Positions 47,595 to 61,693 of a stretch of 64,000 bases of DNA are shown here, piece after piece. Position numbers and translations under genes: made by a program. The first letter of the stretch is position 1. Each line of letters starts with the position of its first letter. This stretch comes from Saprolegnia diclina VS20. Taxonomy: Eukaryota. The stretch lies in assembly GCF_000281045.1 (NCBI RefSeq), contig NW_008246070.1:1286193-1350192 (forward strand). Reading direction: 5' to 3'. Below the pieces are notes generated by a model. That model ran no database searches and was not told the DNA's origin. It was given only the letters and a program-made list of their open reading frames with translations.

Positions 47595-49787
47595 ATGCTT
47601 TCCGTGGCCCGCGTCCTGCCCAAGCTCCTGGCCGGCCTCCTTCTCGCGCCGGCGCTCGTCTGCGCGCAGACCGACTCGTCCACGCAGCCCGCGACGATCC
47701 CGCCATGGATCGCCTACGTGACGGGTGGCATCTTGATCGTCATCGTCATGTACTACTGCTGCCGCAAGCACAGCTTTGAAGACTCGCTGCAGCAGCCACT
47801 GCTCGGCGGGTATCGCGTCATATCGCCAGTGTCGCCGACGCTCATGCGCATGGCGTAGGCAGTACACGGAAGATGGCCAGCCGCTTACGCGCCAAAACGT
47901 GCAAGAATCGTACGTTGCCGCAGCGACAAGAAGATTCGAGTAGGATGATGGATGATGCATAGGAAGGAAGAATTGGACCGCCAATGGAAGTGCGAAGTGT
48001 GCGACTTTTCCAACAAGCCGTCCACGTCGTCGTGCGTCTTGTGCGGCACGGACAAGGGCTTCAAGCTTGGGCTCGGCTCGCCCCGGACGCCGCGCCGCAG
48101 CATCTCGACGACCAATTTGAGCAAGTCGGACCTCCTCAACTCGGGCTCGTTCAACCGCCAGCGCTCGTTTGCGATTCGCCGCCTGAACATGCTCAACTCG
48201 CGCCAGCGCGGCGCGCGCAACCGACAGGACTGGGTGCGCAAGGTCGGCGCGGACGGGAAGCGGCACTGGGGCAAACGCGAGCCTATTGTGCCGAACCCTG
48301 TCGCGCTTGAAGCCGCGAATAGCGCGGAGCTCGTGCACCAGCATTCGCTTGCGTTCGTGTCGCAGCTCGCGCAGACGCCGCGGCACCCGGAAGGGCGCAT
48401 GACGTTCAAGGAGTATCGCGAAGTCGACGCGTCCATGGCGTCGCGCGGGTACGAGATCTCGGCGCAGGACTTGGAGATTCTCGAGCAAGTGGCGGCGCTG
48501 CCCTTCAAGGACAAGTACGATACACGTACCGTATCAGTTCTTAGCGAAACGACGTGTTAGGTATTCGTGGTTCCTCGAGCAAACGTCGTCCTTGATCCGG
48601 CCGTGGGAAGACGGTCATCTCAAGATGCGCGTCCACCGCGAAAACATCCTCGTCGAGTCCATGGAGCAGCTCCTCGGCGTGCAAATGGAGCACATCCACA
48701 TGCCGCTCCGGATCGAATTTATCGGCGAAGTGGCCATCGACGCCGGCGGCCTCGAGCGCGAATGGTCGACTCGTTTCGTATGCAAGTTGCTCATGATCCC
48801 AACATGATAGGTTTGCGCTGGTGACGGAGAAGCTCTTTGACGAGACGATCGGGCTCTTCATGTGCGCGCACGTCGAGTCGCTGGCGTATGTGATCAACCC
48901 CAACAGCATTGAAGCCAGTGCCGACCATCTACTGTACTTTCGAGGCGCGGGGCGGCTGCTTGGCCGTGCGCTCCTCGAAGGACAGCTCATGAAGGCCCAT
49001 TTGGCGCTGCCGGTGCTCAAGCACCTCCTCGGGTACGCGTCTGAGACGGACGTACGGTGCTCATATGACGAGTAGCGTGCCGATTTCGTTTAGCGATTTG
49101 GAGTTTGTCGACCACGAAGTGTACCGGAGCATGAAGTGGATGAAGGAAAACGTCGGCGTCGAAGCGCTCTGCTTGGACTTTAGCGTCACGAACCGCAAGA
49201 TCAACGGCGACGTCGAGACGATCGACCTCAAGGAGAACGGCCGCAACATTGAGGTCACCGACGCCAACAAGCTTGAGTACATTTACCTGCGGCTGCGCTA
49301 CATCATGCTCGAGAGCTTCTCGGAGCAGCTCCAGCACCTCATGGCCGGCGTCTTTGAGGTGCTTCCGCAAGAACTGATCCTCGTGTTTGACTACCAAGAG
49401 CTCGAACTCGTGCTCTGCGGCGTGCCATCGATCGATCAGGACGATTGGAAAATGCACACCGAGAGCTCGGAGGACATGCCACCGGAGCTCCTCGGCTGGT
49501 TCTGGGAGGTCGTCGGCGCCTTCTCGGACGAAGAGCGCGCGCGTCTCTTGCAGTTTACGACCGGCTCGTCGCGCGTGCCGGTCCAGGGCTTCAAGGCGCT
49601 CACGAGCTACGACGGCCGGATATGCCACTTCACCCTCAAGGCCGTGCCGTACCCCGAGAACGCCTTCCCACGCGCCCACACGTGCTTCAACCGCATCGAC
49701 TTGCCCAAGTACAAGTCCAAGAAGGAGCTCGAAGACGTGCTCTCGCTTGTCATCAACATGGAGGTCACGGGCTTCACGGACGAGTGA
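47595..49787 (+). CDS. HECT E3 ubiquitin ligase A with signal peptide, single TM helix and RanBP2-type zinc finger
   Basis: MLSVARVLPKLLAGLLLAPALVCA|Q, TM WIAYVTGGILIVIVMYYCC, WKCEVCDFSNKPSTSSCVLCGT, IDAGGLEREW, LLQFTTGSSRVP, catalytic RAHTCFNRIDLP. Five introns. Confidence 0.92.
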
Positions 49788-50338
49788 GGATGCGACGACG
49801 CTGCGACCGTGTTACCTCGTTGCACTCCCTGTTGCCTACTAATACTATATACCTTGCCTCACACTGCATCTTGCCTGCATGCGACCATGTAGAAGGCTGA
49901 TCGTCGACCAAGCTCCGGATGATAGGAGGCTTCCCACATGCTCCCCATCTCGTTCGACGTGCATGCAATTTGACCAAACGTTCGAGAAACCGATCCTGCT
50001 CCCGCCACTGGGGGCTGATGGCTTGGGCGTCCATCGCGATGACGCCAGAGCCTCCATGCCCACCGACGGAGGCGACCAGACGCCAGCGGCGACGCTGGCT
50101 CGTTTCGCGAAGCCGGTCGCGCCCCGTGTGTTATACGTGCACGATGTGCATTGTCAAACCTGTTATCACCTGTTAGAACAAAGTTGCATGTTGTTATATT
50201 GCTGGTTTGTCGGTTATAACCGTATCACACGTGGGTGTAACTAGAGTGGCCTGTTTATGACGCGGTGCCACTGTGATGGTGGATTGCTCGAATTGCACAT
50301 TTGCAAGACGACCTTGTCGGTCGGTTGCTGGGACGATC

Positions 50339-52395
50339 ATGACTCGGACGACGCGGCTGCTGTGCGCGATGACGCTCCTCGCGACGATGCCACGCGCGGT
50401 CCACGCGCTGAGCAGCGACACGCCGGCGTGGGTCTGGGTGCTCGTCGGCCTCGGCGGCGCCGGCGCGTTCGTCGCGATCCACTACTGCATCCGCCAGTCG
50501 GGCCTCCTCTCGTCATCGTTGCACCACCCGTTCCTCGGCGGGTACGTCGCCGCCGCCTCTCGCTATGGCCTCAGTGGACGTAGGCAATACACTGAAGACG
50601 GCCAGCCGCTCACGCGCCAGAACGTACAAGAGTCGTACGCCACCCGCCCGCACGAGATAGGTTGAGACGACGTGATGTGCGTAGGCGCGAAGAGCTCGAC
50701 GGGCAGTGGCACTGCACAGTCTGCGACTTCCACAATAAACCGTCGGTTCCCACGTGCGTGCTCTGTGGGACGGACCAGGGCTTCCAGTTCCGGCTCTCGT
50801 CGACGGCCGCCGACAAGCCGCCGCGGTCGCCGTCTGCTGCGTGCCGACAGCAGTCGTTCATTCGGCGACGCATGAACATGCTCAACGCACGCCAGCGCGG
50901 TGCGCGGAATCGGCAAGAGTGGGTGCGCAAGCTCGACACAGACGGGCGGCGCGTCTGGGCGCGGTCGAGCCATGACGAGGGCCAGCACTCGGTCGCGTTC
51001 GTGTCGCAGCTCACCATGTCGCCCAAGCACCCGGAAGGCAAGATGACCTTTCGCGAGTACCAGGACGTGGACGCAGCCATGTCGTCGCGCGGCTACGTCA
51101 TCTCGCAAGAAGACCTGAGTGTCCTCGAGGAGGTTGCGACTTTGCCCTTCAAGGACAAGTATTCTTGGTTCCTCACGCAGACCTCGGCGCTTCTGCACCC
51201 GTGGGAAGAAGGCCACTTGAAGATGCGCGTCCATCGCGACAACATCCTCGTCGAGTCCATGGAGCAGATCCTTGGCATTCAGATGGAGCACATCCACATG
51301 CCGCTCCGGATCGAGTTTGTCGGCGAAGTGGCCATCGACGCCGGCGGCCTCGAGCGCGAGTGGTACATTGTCCGACCCGACAGACAACTTGTCCACACTC
51401 GATGCGTGGCGTAGGTTTGCAATGGTGATTGAAAAGCTCTTTGACGAGACGATCGGGCTCTTCATGTGCGCGCACGTCGAGTCGCTGGCGTACGTGATCA
51501 ACCCCAACAGCGTCGATGTGAGCGTCGATCACTTGCTCTACTTTCGGGGCGCGGGGCGCCTCATCGGCCGCGCACTGCTCGAAGGGCAGCTCATGAAGGC
51601 GCATTTGGCGCTGCCCGTGCTCAAGCACATTCTCGGGTAACCTGCTCGTGCTGCTCGAGGAAGCTAATCATGCATGTGGCTAGCGTGCCCATTTCGTTTA
51701 GCGATTTGGAGTTCATTGACCACCAGCTGTACAAGTCGATGCGGTACCTCAAGGAGCACGACGGCGTCCAAGACATGGGCCTCGACTTTAGCGTCAACCA
51801 CCGGAAGGCGACGGGCCAAGTCGTCACGATCGACCTCAAGGAGAACGGCCGGCACATTGAAGTCAACGACGCCAACAAGTCGGAGTACATTTACCTCCAC
51901 CTCCGGCACGTGATGCTCGACAGCGTCGCGGAGCAGCTGCACCACCTCATGGCCGGCATCTTTGAGGTCATTCCCCAAGAACTAATCCTCGTGTTTGACT
52001 ACCAAGAACTCGAGCTCATCCTCTGCGGCGTGCCGTCGATCGACCTCGCCGACTGGAAGACGCACACGCAGTGCAACGAAGACATGCCGCCGGAGCTGTG
52101 GCAGTGGTTCTGGGAGGTCGTCGGCGCCTTCTCGGACGAAGAGCGCGCGCGTCTCTTGCAGTTTACGACCGGCTCGTCGCGCGTGCCGGTCCAGGGCTTC
52201 AAGGCGCTCACGAGCTACGACGGCCGGATCTGCCACTTCACCCTCAACACGGTCGCGTACCCCGAGCACACGTTTCCGCGCGCACATACGTGCTTCAATC
52301 GCATCGACTTGCCCAAGTACAAGACCAAGCAAGAGCTCGAGAACGTGCTGACGCTCGTTGTCAACATGGAAGTCACGGGCTTTACGGACGAGTAG
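50339..52395 (+). CDS. HECT E3 ubiquitin ligase B (tandem paralog of A; SP-TM-RanBP2 ZnF-HECT)
   Basis: MTRTTRLLCAMTLLATMPRAVHA|L, TM WVWVLVGLGGAGAFVAIHYCI, WHCTVCDFHNKPSVPTCVLCGT, RAHTCFNRIDLP. Four introns. Confidence 0.92.
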
Positions 52396-52564
52396 TTACT
52401 ATGTAATTGCTACATGTTGATGGGAGTATTACCTATATGAGTATATCGATATACATGTGGCTGGAGGGTTGTGGTATGTTTTACGCATCGAATTCGTACG
52501 TGGCGGTACGAATTAATAATACCAGACGCGATCTTTTGAACAGTCGAGGGTTTCGACGAGCGAG

Positions 52565-53247
52565 ATGGACCCGTCGCCCGACACGGACGCGTACCTGCGC
52601 GCGCAGATCCGCAGCGCCTTCGACATGTTCGACAAGGAGCGCAAGGGCTGCGTCATCCAAGAGTCCGTCGCAACGCCTGGAGTGGCGGACCTTAAGCCAT
52701 GGAGATAGGGAAGTGAGCACGATCATGCGGTACCTCGGCGCGTACCCGAGCGAGAAGGACATCATCAAGAAGATTCTGCCCGAGGTAGATGCTGAGCACG
52801 CGCATGTATCGACTGGACGGACGAGTGTAGATGCAAGACGATGAGCCGTCGACGTTTGTGACATATGAGAAGTTTGAAAAGAAGATGCTCGAGGTCATGT
52901 ACAGCCACGAGTACGAGCCCGACTCGGACGAGACGCTCATGGCGGCGTTCCGCGTACGACGACCATGCCGAGTACAAGGCAGTCATGCAGGTCGCGTGCG
53001 TAGGTGCTCGACCCGGACAAGACGGGCTACATCGAAGCCGACGTCATGAAGGAGCTGCTCTTGACCAAAGGCACGCCCTTCCGCGAGAAGGAGCTCGAAG
53101 GTACTGCAGCTTCCATACACGATGCGATCGACAGGCGTAGGCTTTATGCACGTGGCGAAAGACGCCGACACGGGCCGGATTTACTACGAAGACTACATTT
53201 CGCTCGTCACGCAGGAGCTCGACGTCCACGCCGCCAACAACAAGTGA
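52565..53247 (+). CDS. DRC8: Dynein regulatory complex protein 8 / EFCAB2 (calmodulin-like EF-hand)
   Basis: IRSAFDMFDKERKG, EVSTIMRYLGAYPSE, TFVTYEKF, LMAAFR|VLDPDKTGYI, GTPFREKE, GRIYYEDYI. Four introns. Confidence 0.82.
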
Positions 53248-53279
53248 GACTAACAACTCCAAAAGCAACTGGGAGCGTG

Positions 53280-54033
53280 TTATAACGTCACGGTGACCTT
53301 CTTGACGAGCGGCTTCTTGATGCAGAGGGCCGAGAGGTCCACCGTGACGCGCGCGACGTCGATGGACGCCTTGCGCTCCAGTGGCGGCTTTGGTGGCGCG
53401 CGGGCCGACGGTGAGCTATGGCGCTTCCGAAGCGGCGCGGGTGGCGACGACATTGTGTCGCGCGCCCGGTGGTAGCTGCGGTTGAGCTTGTCGTTGATGA
53501 CCTTTTCGGCCGTCTCGTGCAGGTAGAGCCGACTGCCGCCGCGCTCGAGCATGCTCTTGTCATGGCCGTCGCACTCGAGTGCAATCGTGTAGTCTTGGAT
53601 CGCACGCAGGAATTCGCCCTCCGTGTTGTAGCATCCCGCTCTACAGCCACGCGTCATGACGATCCTACCATCAAAGGCTACCGGGCGTAGCGGGCCATGA
53701 CATGGGTCGGGTTGATGCTCAAGACGGTCGAAAAATCGTCATGCGCGCGCTCGATGAGGCCACATTGGAAGAGCGCCATGCCCCGGCTACATGCAACATA
53801 CATGATTCCTGGGATGCCTACGAAGGCGCGTGCCTGAAGCGGCCATGGACGTCGTCGCTCCGGACGTCGAGGATCGCGCTAAAGTCGTCGACGGCCATGG
53901 CCCAGCGCTTGGCCTTGAGGCACGCATGGCCCCGGATGGCATGCGTCTTGAGACACGACGGGTCTGCCTCGAGCGCGCGGCTGCACTCGGCGATCAGGCT
54001 TGCGATCTCGGCCTGCTGCTGCGTGCCCCGCAT
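53280..54033 (-). CDS. TPR-repeat protein
   Basis: AIRGHACLKAKRWAMAVDDFSAIL, RGMALFQCGLIERAHDDFSTVL, R|AGCYNTEGEFLRAIQDYTIAL. Two introns. Confidence 0.8.
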
Positions 54034-54783
54034 CCCATACTTTGATGCGGCGCTAAATTTAGGCGCGCATCGCGTATTTTTACATGTGGCCTTTCGACAC
54101 GTGCTGCGATCGGCCACCACCCCCTCTCAAGTCTCAAGCCCCGCTCAGGAGCCCCTCTTAATCCCGACCCTCGACTTGTCAACCGGCGGCAGAGGCCCGC
54201 GTTGGCGGACGAAACGCCGGTGACGCTGCTGAACTCTCGTCCCACGGCGGCGATCAAACAAGGCGGGTGCGCGTCCCACTGTAAACTCGGACGCAGTTCC
54301 TCGTGCACCCGGATCGGATCTTCCTGGGATTAACTGCCGATTGCGATCGCCTGGCCTTGGCCACTTTGCGCGCCACATCCTTTGGCGCCCCACGGGCAAG
54401 CATCTCTGGCGTACGTTCACGCAGCGCGTTCGCTCGTAGCGGATGCTCCAACGCGTCGGCGTCGTGGGTCCTGTCGCTTGTGTGTTGGTGGTCTCAGTAA
54501 TCTGCGATCTTGCAGGTGGACCCCTACTTCCCGTACGTTCATGGATACAAAAAGTTGATAAAGCGTACGTACAATGCATTGTACGACCGTTTGAACAAAT
54601 TGAACCCCCCAAGTTGAAGTACTTTTAAGCCACTTGTTCAGATCCTCGCGTGATTGGGCGCCCGCGTAATAATATTCATATTCGAACGACTTTTTCTATG
54701 CCAGCGACAAGACATGGCGTATTTTATTACGAATCGTCGAAGCTGCCACGCCGCCGGCCAGTGTGCAATTCGCCGACTACAGC

Positions 54784-55500
54784 ATGGGCACATTTGTTGG
54801 CCATCGCGCCATGAGCGCACTCAGCGCAGAGAAGGTCATGCCCAAGGCGCCGACGACGCTCAAGCACGGCAAGGTACCCAAGTCCATGGCCTTTGTCCAC
54901 CTCGTCGTGCGCTCCGTGCGCCCGATCCTCTCGGACGATGGCACCTACATGGAGTACGACATTGAGATGGCCAACACACGCAACGGCCTCGTGTGGAACA
55001 TCCGCAAGCGCTTCTCGCGCTTCCTGGAGCTCCAGAGCCAGATCGACGCGCTCCTCGAGGCCGGCCACTGCCAGCACTGCAGCAATGTGCTCGACCTCGT
55101 CCAGGACCTCGAGCTGCCGCCCAAGAAGTGGGCGCTGCGTCTCTTTAGCAACTCGGTTGTCGACGATGGCCTCGCCGCGATGCGCGCCCGCCTCTTTTGC
55201 GCGTACGCGACGGGCCTCCTTGAGATTGGTGCTGAGAAGCCGCATCAGCAGTGCCCACTTGTCGCCGAGGGGTACCTCCGGCTCGTGCTCGCGTTTCTAA
55301 CGACGCCGTCCGTGTACATGGAAATGAACAAAATCAAGCTCGCGAGCCGTGTCAAGAGCGGCGCGCCGCTCATGAAAGCGCCGCCGCTCGTCCTTCAGCG
55401 CGCGCGCAGCGGCGGCAAGAAGATGGCGATGCTCGAAACCATCTTGGAGCAGGACAGTCGTAGTAGTACAGTAGTTATCATGGACGCGCCGAGCTGCTGA
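54784..55500 (+). CDS. PX (phox-homology)-like domain protein
   Basis: YMEYDIEMANTRNGLVWNIRKRFSRFLELQSQI..CQHC..LELPPKK resembles a PX fold. Intronless; start codon uncertain (54784 or 54811). Confidence 0.65.
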   Translation: MGTFVGHRAMSALSAEKVMPKAPTTLKHGKVPKSMAFVHLVVRSVRPILSDDGTYMEYDIEMANTRNGLVWNIRKRFSRFLELQSQIDALLEAGHCQHCSNVLDLVQDLELPPKKWALRLFSNSVVDDGLAAMRARLFCAYATGLLEIGAEKPHQQCPLVAEGYLRLVLAFLTTPSVYMEMNKIKLASRVKSGAPLMKAPPLVLQRARSGGKKMAMLETILEQDSRSSTVVIMDAPSC

Positions 55501-55910
55501 CACCCCCAATGCAACGTGTACATACCCTCCTTCGCCTCCTACTTGGTCCCACCACACCGCAACGGGACTCGGGGCACACGCTTCTGGCCAGTTGGCTCGT
55601 CGCGCAGTCAACGTCTTCGGGTACCTTCGATGTGTATCGACCGACCTTCCTTGATCACTGTCCACCCGATATGCCCACCCAACCTTCGCCCACGGTCAAC
55701 GTCCCAGTCCTCATCTCCCACCCACAGCAGTGATGCTGCTGCCTGCGGCAAATATGCTTCCTTCCAGCGCCTGACATTTGCACCTGCCATTTTGCCATTT
55801 TGCCTGCCAGCGATAAGAACAAAGTTGAATAATTGCCTAATAAACTAGTTGATTGCTCTTAATACGTCTACCATAGAAGTTGTTGCATGGAAATACAGGC
55901 ACGTGTGCAC

Positions 55911-57412
55911 TTAGATGTAGACTTCTTGCGTCTCGGCGTCGTACGCGGGCGTCTTGAGGAGCATCTTGCCGCCGTCCATCTCGGGGGTTTTGACCATGGA
56001 CGGGTGCGTGTTCTGGAAGAGGCGCGCCGTCACCGACACGGGCCGCGTCGCGTTGTTCTGCTCGCGCATCTGCAGGTCGTCTAATACGCGGTGGTGCGCG
56101 TGCGGGTCGTGGTGGTGCTTCTCGTCGTGCTTGTCGTCATCTACGCAGTAGCGATATGAGCCCCACTGCTTCATATCGACAAGGCTTGCGTACCGCGCTG
56201 GTTGTCGTACATGCCCGACGACGACGACGTCGGCGACGTGTGCATCATGCCACTCGGCGGGTACATCATCATGTGCGGCGCGTCCGACGTGGACGAGTGA
56301 CGGCGCAGGTGCTGCTGGTATTCGAACGGCGAGTGCTGGAATTCACCGGCAAAACCACCGCCGCTGTTGTTGTTGTTGTTGCTGGCAAACGGACCGGTCC
56401 CAAACTCCATGCCGTTGTGGTGGTTGCGCGGGTCGTACTCGCTGAGAAAGTTGCCGTTGTTGTTGTTGCCACTGCCGTCCATCTTGCCGTTGGCCGAGAG
56501 CACGAGCTTCTGGAACGGCGCGCCGCGAGGAAACATGTGATGAGCATCGCTGCTCGTCGGCGACACGATGAGCGACTGCGACCGCGGCTTCGTCTCGCGA
56601 GCGCAGCCCTTCTTCCGAAGCGATTGGCGCTGCATGCGGCGCATGGTCGAGTAATACCGGTTCTTGATGGCGTTGTCCGTGCTACGCAATGCTTGGATCC
56701 AATGGCAATGGATCCGACAAGACGTACCGGCCGGGCAGCATCTTGGAGATTTCCGCCCACTGGTTGCCGACGTTCTTGTGGCATTCAAAGATCACGTAAT
56801 CCTCCTCCGCAGTCCACGCATCCTTCCGCACCGCAGGGTTAAGATGGTTGTGCCAGCTACACATGACATGAGTCTTTGGCGTGCATACAAGAGGTGCTGT
56901 ACCGCTCGCGGCATTGCTTGCCGACGCGTCCTGGGAGGTGCATCGCGATGAGCGACCAGCGCTTGGCACCGTACTGCTTGACAAGCTGCATAAGCTTCTC
57001 GTTCTCTTCGCGCGTCCACGGCTTTTTGCTGTTGGCGTCGCCTTTCGAGCGCTTCACGTCGTCCTCTTCTTCATCGTCGTCCTGGTCGTACATGCGCTGC
57101 ATCTAATAAATGGCGCAGTGAGGCTCAGGGACACCAAACGGAGCGCGAGATGCTGGCGCGTACAAGATGGTCGCTGGACTCCATGAGGCCGCCCATGTCG
57201 TGCGTGTTCATGGCGAGGCGCATGCTGTCGGCTGACTTGTCCTTGAGGTGCATCGTCGGGTGCACCATGGCGCCGCCATGCTCGTGGGCCCGCTCGTGGT
57301 GCATGTGATGCGCCATGTGCGACTGCATTTGGAACTGCTCATGGAGGAGGCCCTGCATCTGCTGGTCGTGGCGGCCGTCGTGGTCGTCGTAAGCGTGGCC
57401 TTGGGCGTACAT
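55911..57412 (-). CDS. R2R3 Myb transcription factor
   Basis: KKPWTREENEKLMQLVKQYGAKRWSLIAMHLPGRVGKQCRER|WHNHLNP..KDAWTAEED..GNQWAEISKMLPGR|TDNAIKNRYYS. H/Q/N-rich flanks; about four introns. Confidence 0.92.
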
Positions 57413-57532
57413 GGCGATGGGCCGTTTCCTTGCCGTTATCGGTCGGGAAGGCTTTTTCGTTTCTGGATCCACGACGCGGTTGTACTCATAGATCTTAGAG
57501 GCATGGGCCCTCTGAAGGGGTGTTGGTGTTTT

Positions 57533-58254
57533 ATTGGCCAAAATCCGCGGCTTTGACATTTTTCATTGGCCCGCTCCTGTCCGCCCTAGCCCTAACAACA
57601 GTGATTGGCCAAAAAGCCGTCCACTTGTAACTTCTCTTTTTCGAATTTTCAACGCATTGGGCTTTTGTATTGGAAACCTTCGTCGGTGCATTGAAAAATA
57701 TGGAAATGCAAGGCGAGGGCGCAGATCGCGGGGATTATGGCCAATCAGAAGTCGCCGACTATTCCAAGCCGAAACCAAATGCGACCTTCGATTTCTTGGA
57801 GCAGGCTCGGCGTCGGAGAAGCTGCCAGCTGCGAACAGCAGGATGCCCACACGTCAGGAACGCAAAGCAGCCAACCTCCGAGACGCAAGTGAAAGCATCC
57901 TGGAACGCACAAGCGTTTTCGGTAGCGTCGCGTGGGCCCTGCGGCCGGCGCCAACGCTCGGCGGTTTCTACGCCCGTTTCGAGCTCAAAACCAGCACGAC
58001 GCGGATTGGCTGATTTTACGCCAATCAGAATCGCCTGGCAACCGATCTTTGGGCTCGGGAGATTCGTGGCTGCCGACTCGGCCCGTTCGACGAGTGGAGG
58101 TCGCGCCCAAGCGGCCGGCTCGACTCTCTGTCTCTCGGAGGGATGTCCTAGTAGCTGCGTCTTCCTCGACACTGACCTTGACTGGATCAGAGGCGCCCAG
58201 TGATAGCTACTTTCTGGCGCAAGATTTAACCGCTGCCCAATCAAGACGGCCAAT
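57533..58254. promoter_or_regulatory. Cluster of CCAAT boxes upstream of the Myb gene
   Basis: Ten CCAAT/ATTGG pentamers at 57533, 57565, 57604, 57656, 57669, 57741, 58005, 58021, 58237 and 58250. Confidence 0.5.
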
Positions 58255-58307
58255 CGAGTACAAAAATAATTTAAGGCTCCGCTTCCACCTTAAGTCCTGC
58301 GTGTACT

Positions 58308-60781
<2,474 letters not shown>

Positions 60782-61693
60782 GCTGCTGCTGCCGCCGGCC
60801 GACTTCTTTGGAAAATGAAAATCCCGTGGGAGCCGCACGATATGTAGGATCTTCTCTCCGGATACAGCGATATCCGGTACCCTACCCTAAACAGGACGTG
60901 ACTTGCTTTTTGTATGCTGTGACCAACATTCAACGCGAAATCGGCCGAAATTTCGAGATATGGTTCCGCGCTTCCAGCGTCCACGTCACCACCGCGACGG
61001 GGCGATGCTTCGACCGACGACGACCGACGTGCATGGAGGAGGCCGCCCATGGAGGACACGCTCAATGGAGACGGTCAAGCATGGAGAAGGAGATGCAGGG
61101 AACACGAGGACGAGGAGCTGGAACCACGCCATGGGTGCGATCGACGGAGCGACTGCGCATTGCTGGGCAGTTGGCACCGCCGGATACGTTGGTGCACCTG
61201 GCACGTCGGTTCGCTGGGCGCCCACATGCGCACCTGTTGCCCATTGCGGTCGCAATGACTGCGAGCTATGGGCGTGACGCCGCCGACGAAGTCTCGCGAA
61301 GCCGGTGCTGGCCATCGCAGAGTGCGCTCCATTGTGCAGGTACTAGACCGATCCTCCTCTGCGGCCACGAGGTCCTTGGAACCGGTACGAGACCGTCAGC
61401 GACTGCCACGGAATGGATCCTAGCCATCTCCTTCCACGTCTCTTCCTCGCCTCGGCGTCCATGTCGATGACAGCATCCCCGTCGTCGTCCTGCCCCGGCA
61501 CGCGCATGTGACCATCGCATCTTCGAGGACCTGTAGCATCGAGGAAAGGTCGACCGTTTCGCACGCTACAAATGTCAAGTGCTTTTGGCCAGCGATAATT
61601 TGGCCGTGCCGAACCCACCGAGCTCGACCAATCCGGAGCAGGTGCATACTCTGGCCGAGTGTACGGTATCGTGGTCGGAGTGCAGATCGATCG

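Noticed and set aside
26659..53247. A functional Ca2+/flagellar signalling gene cluster (PKA, channel, lebercilin, DRC8)
   Set aside because: The genes are interspersed with unrelated housekeeping genes in mixed orientations. There is no sequence evidence for co-regulation.
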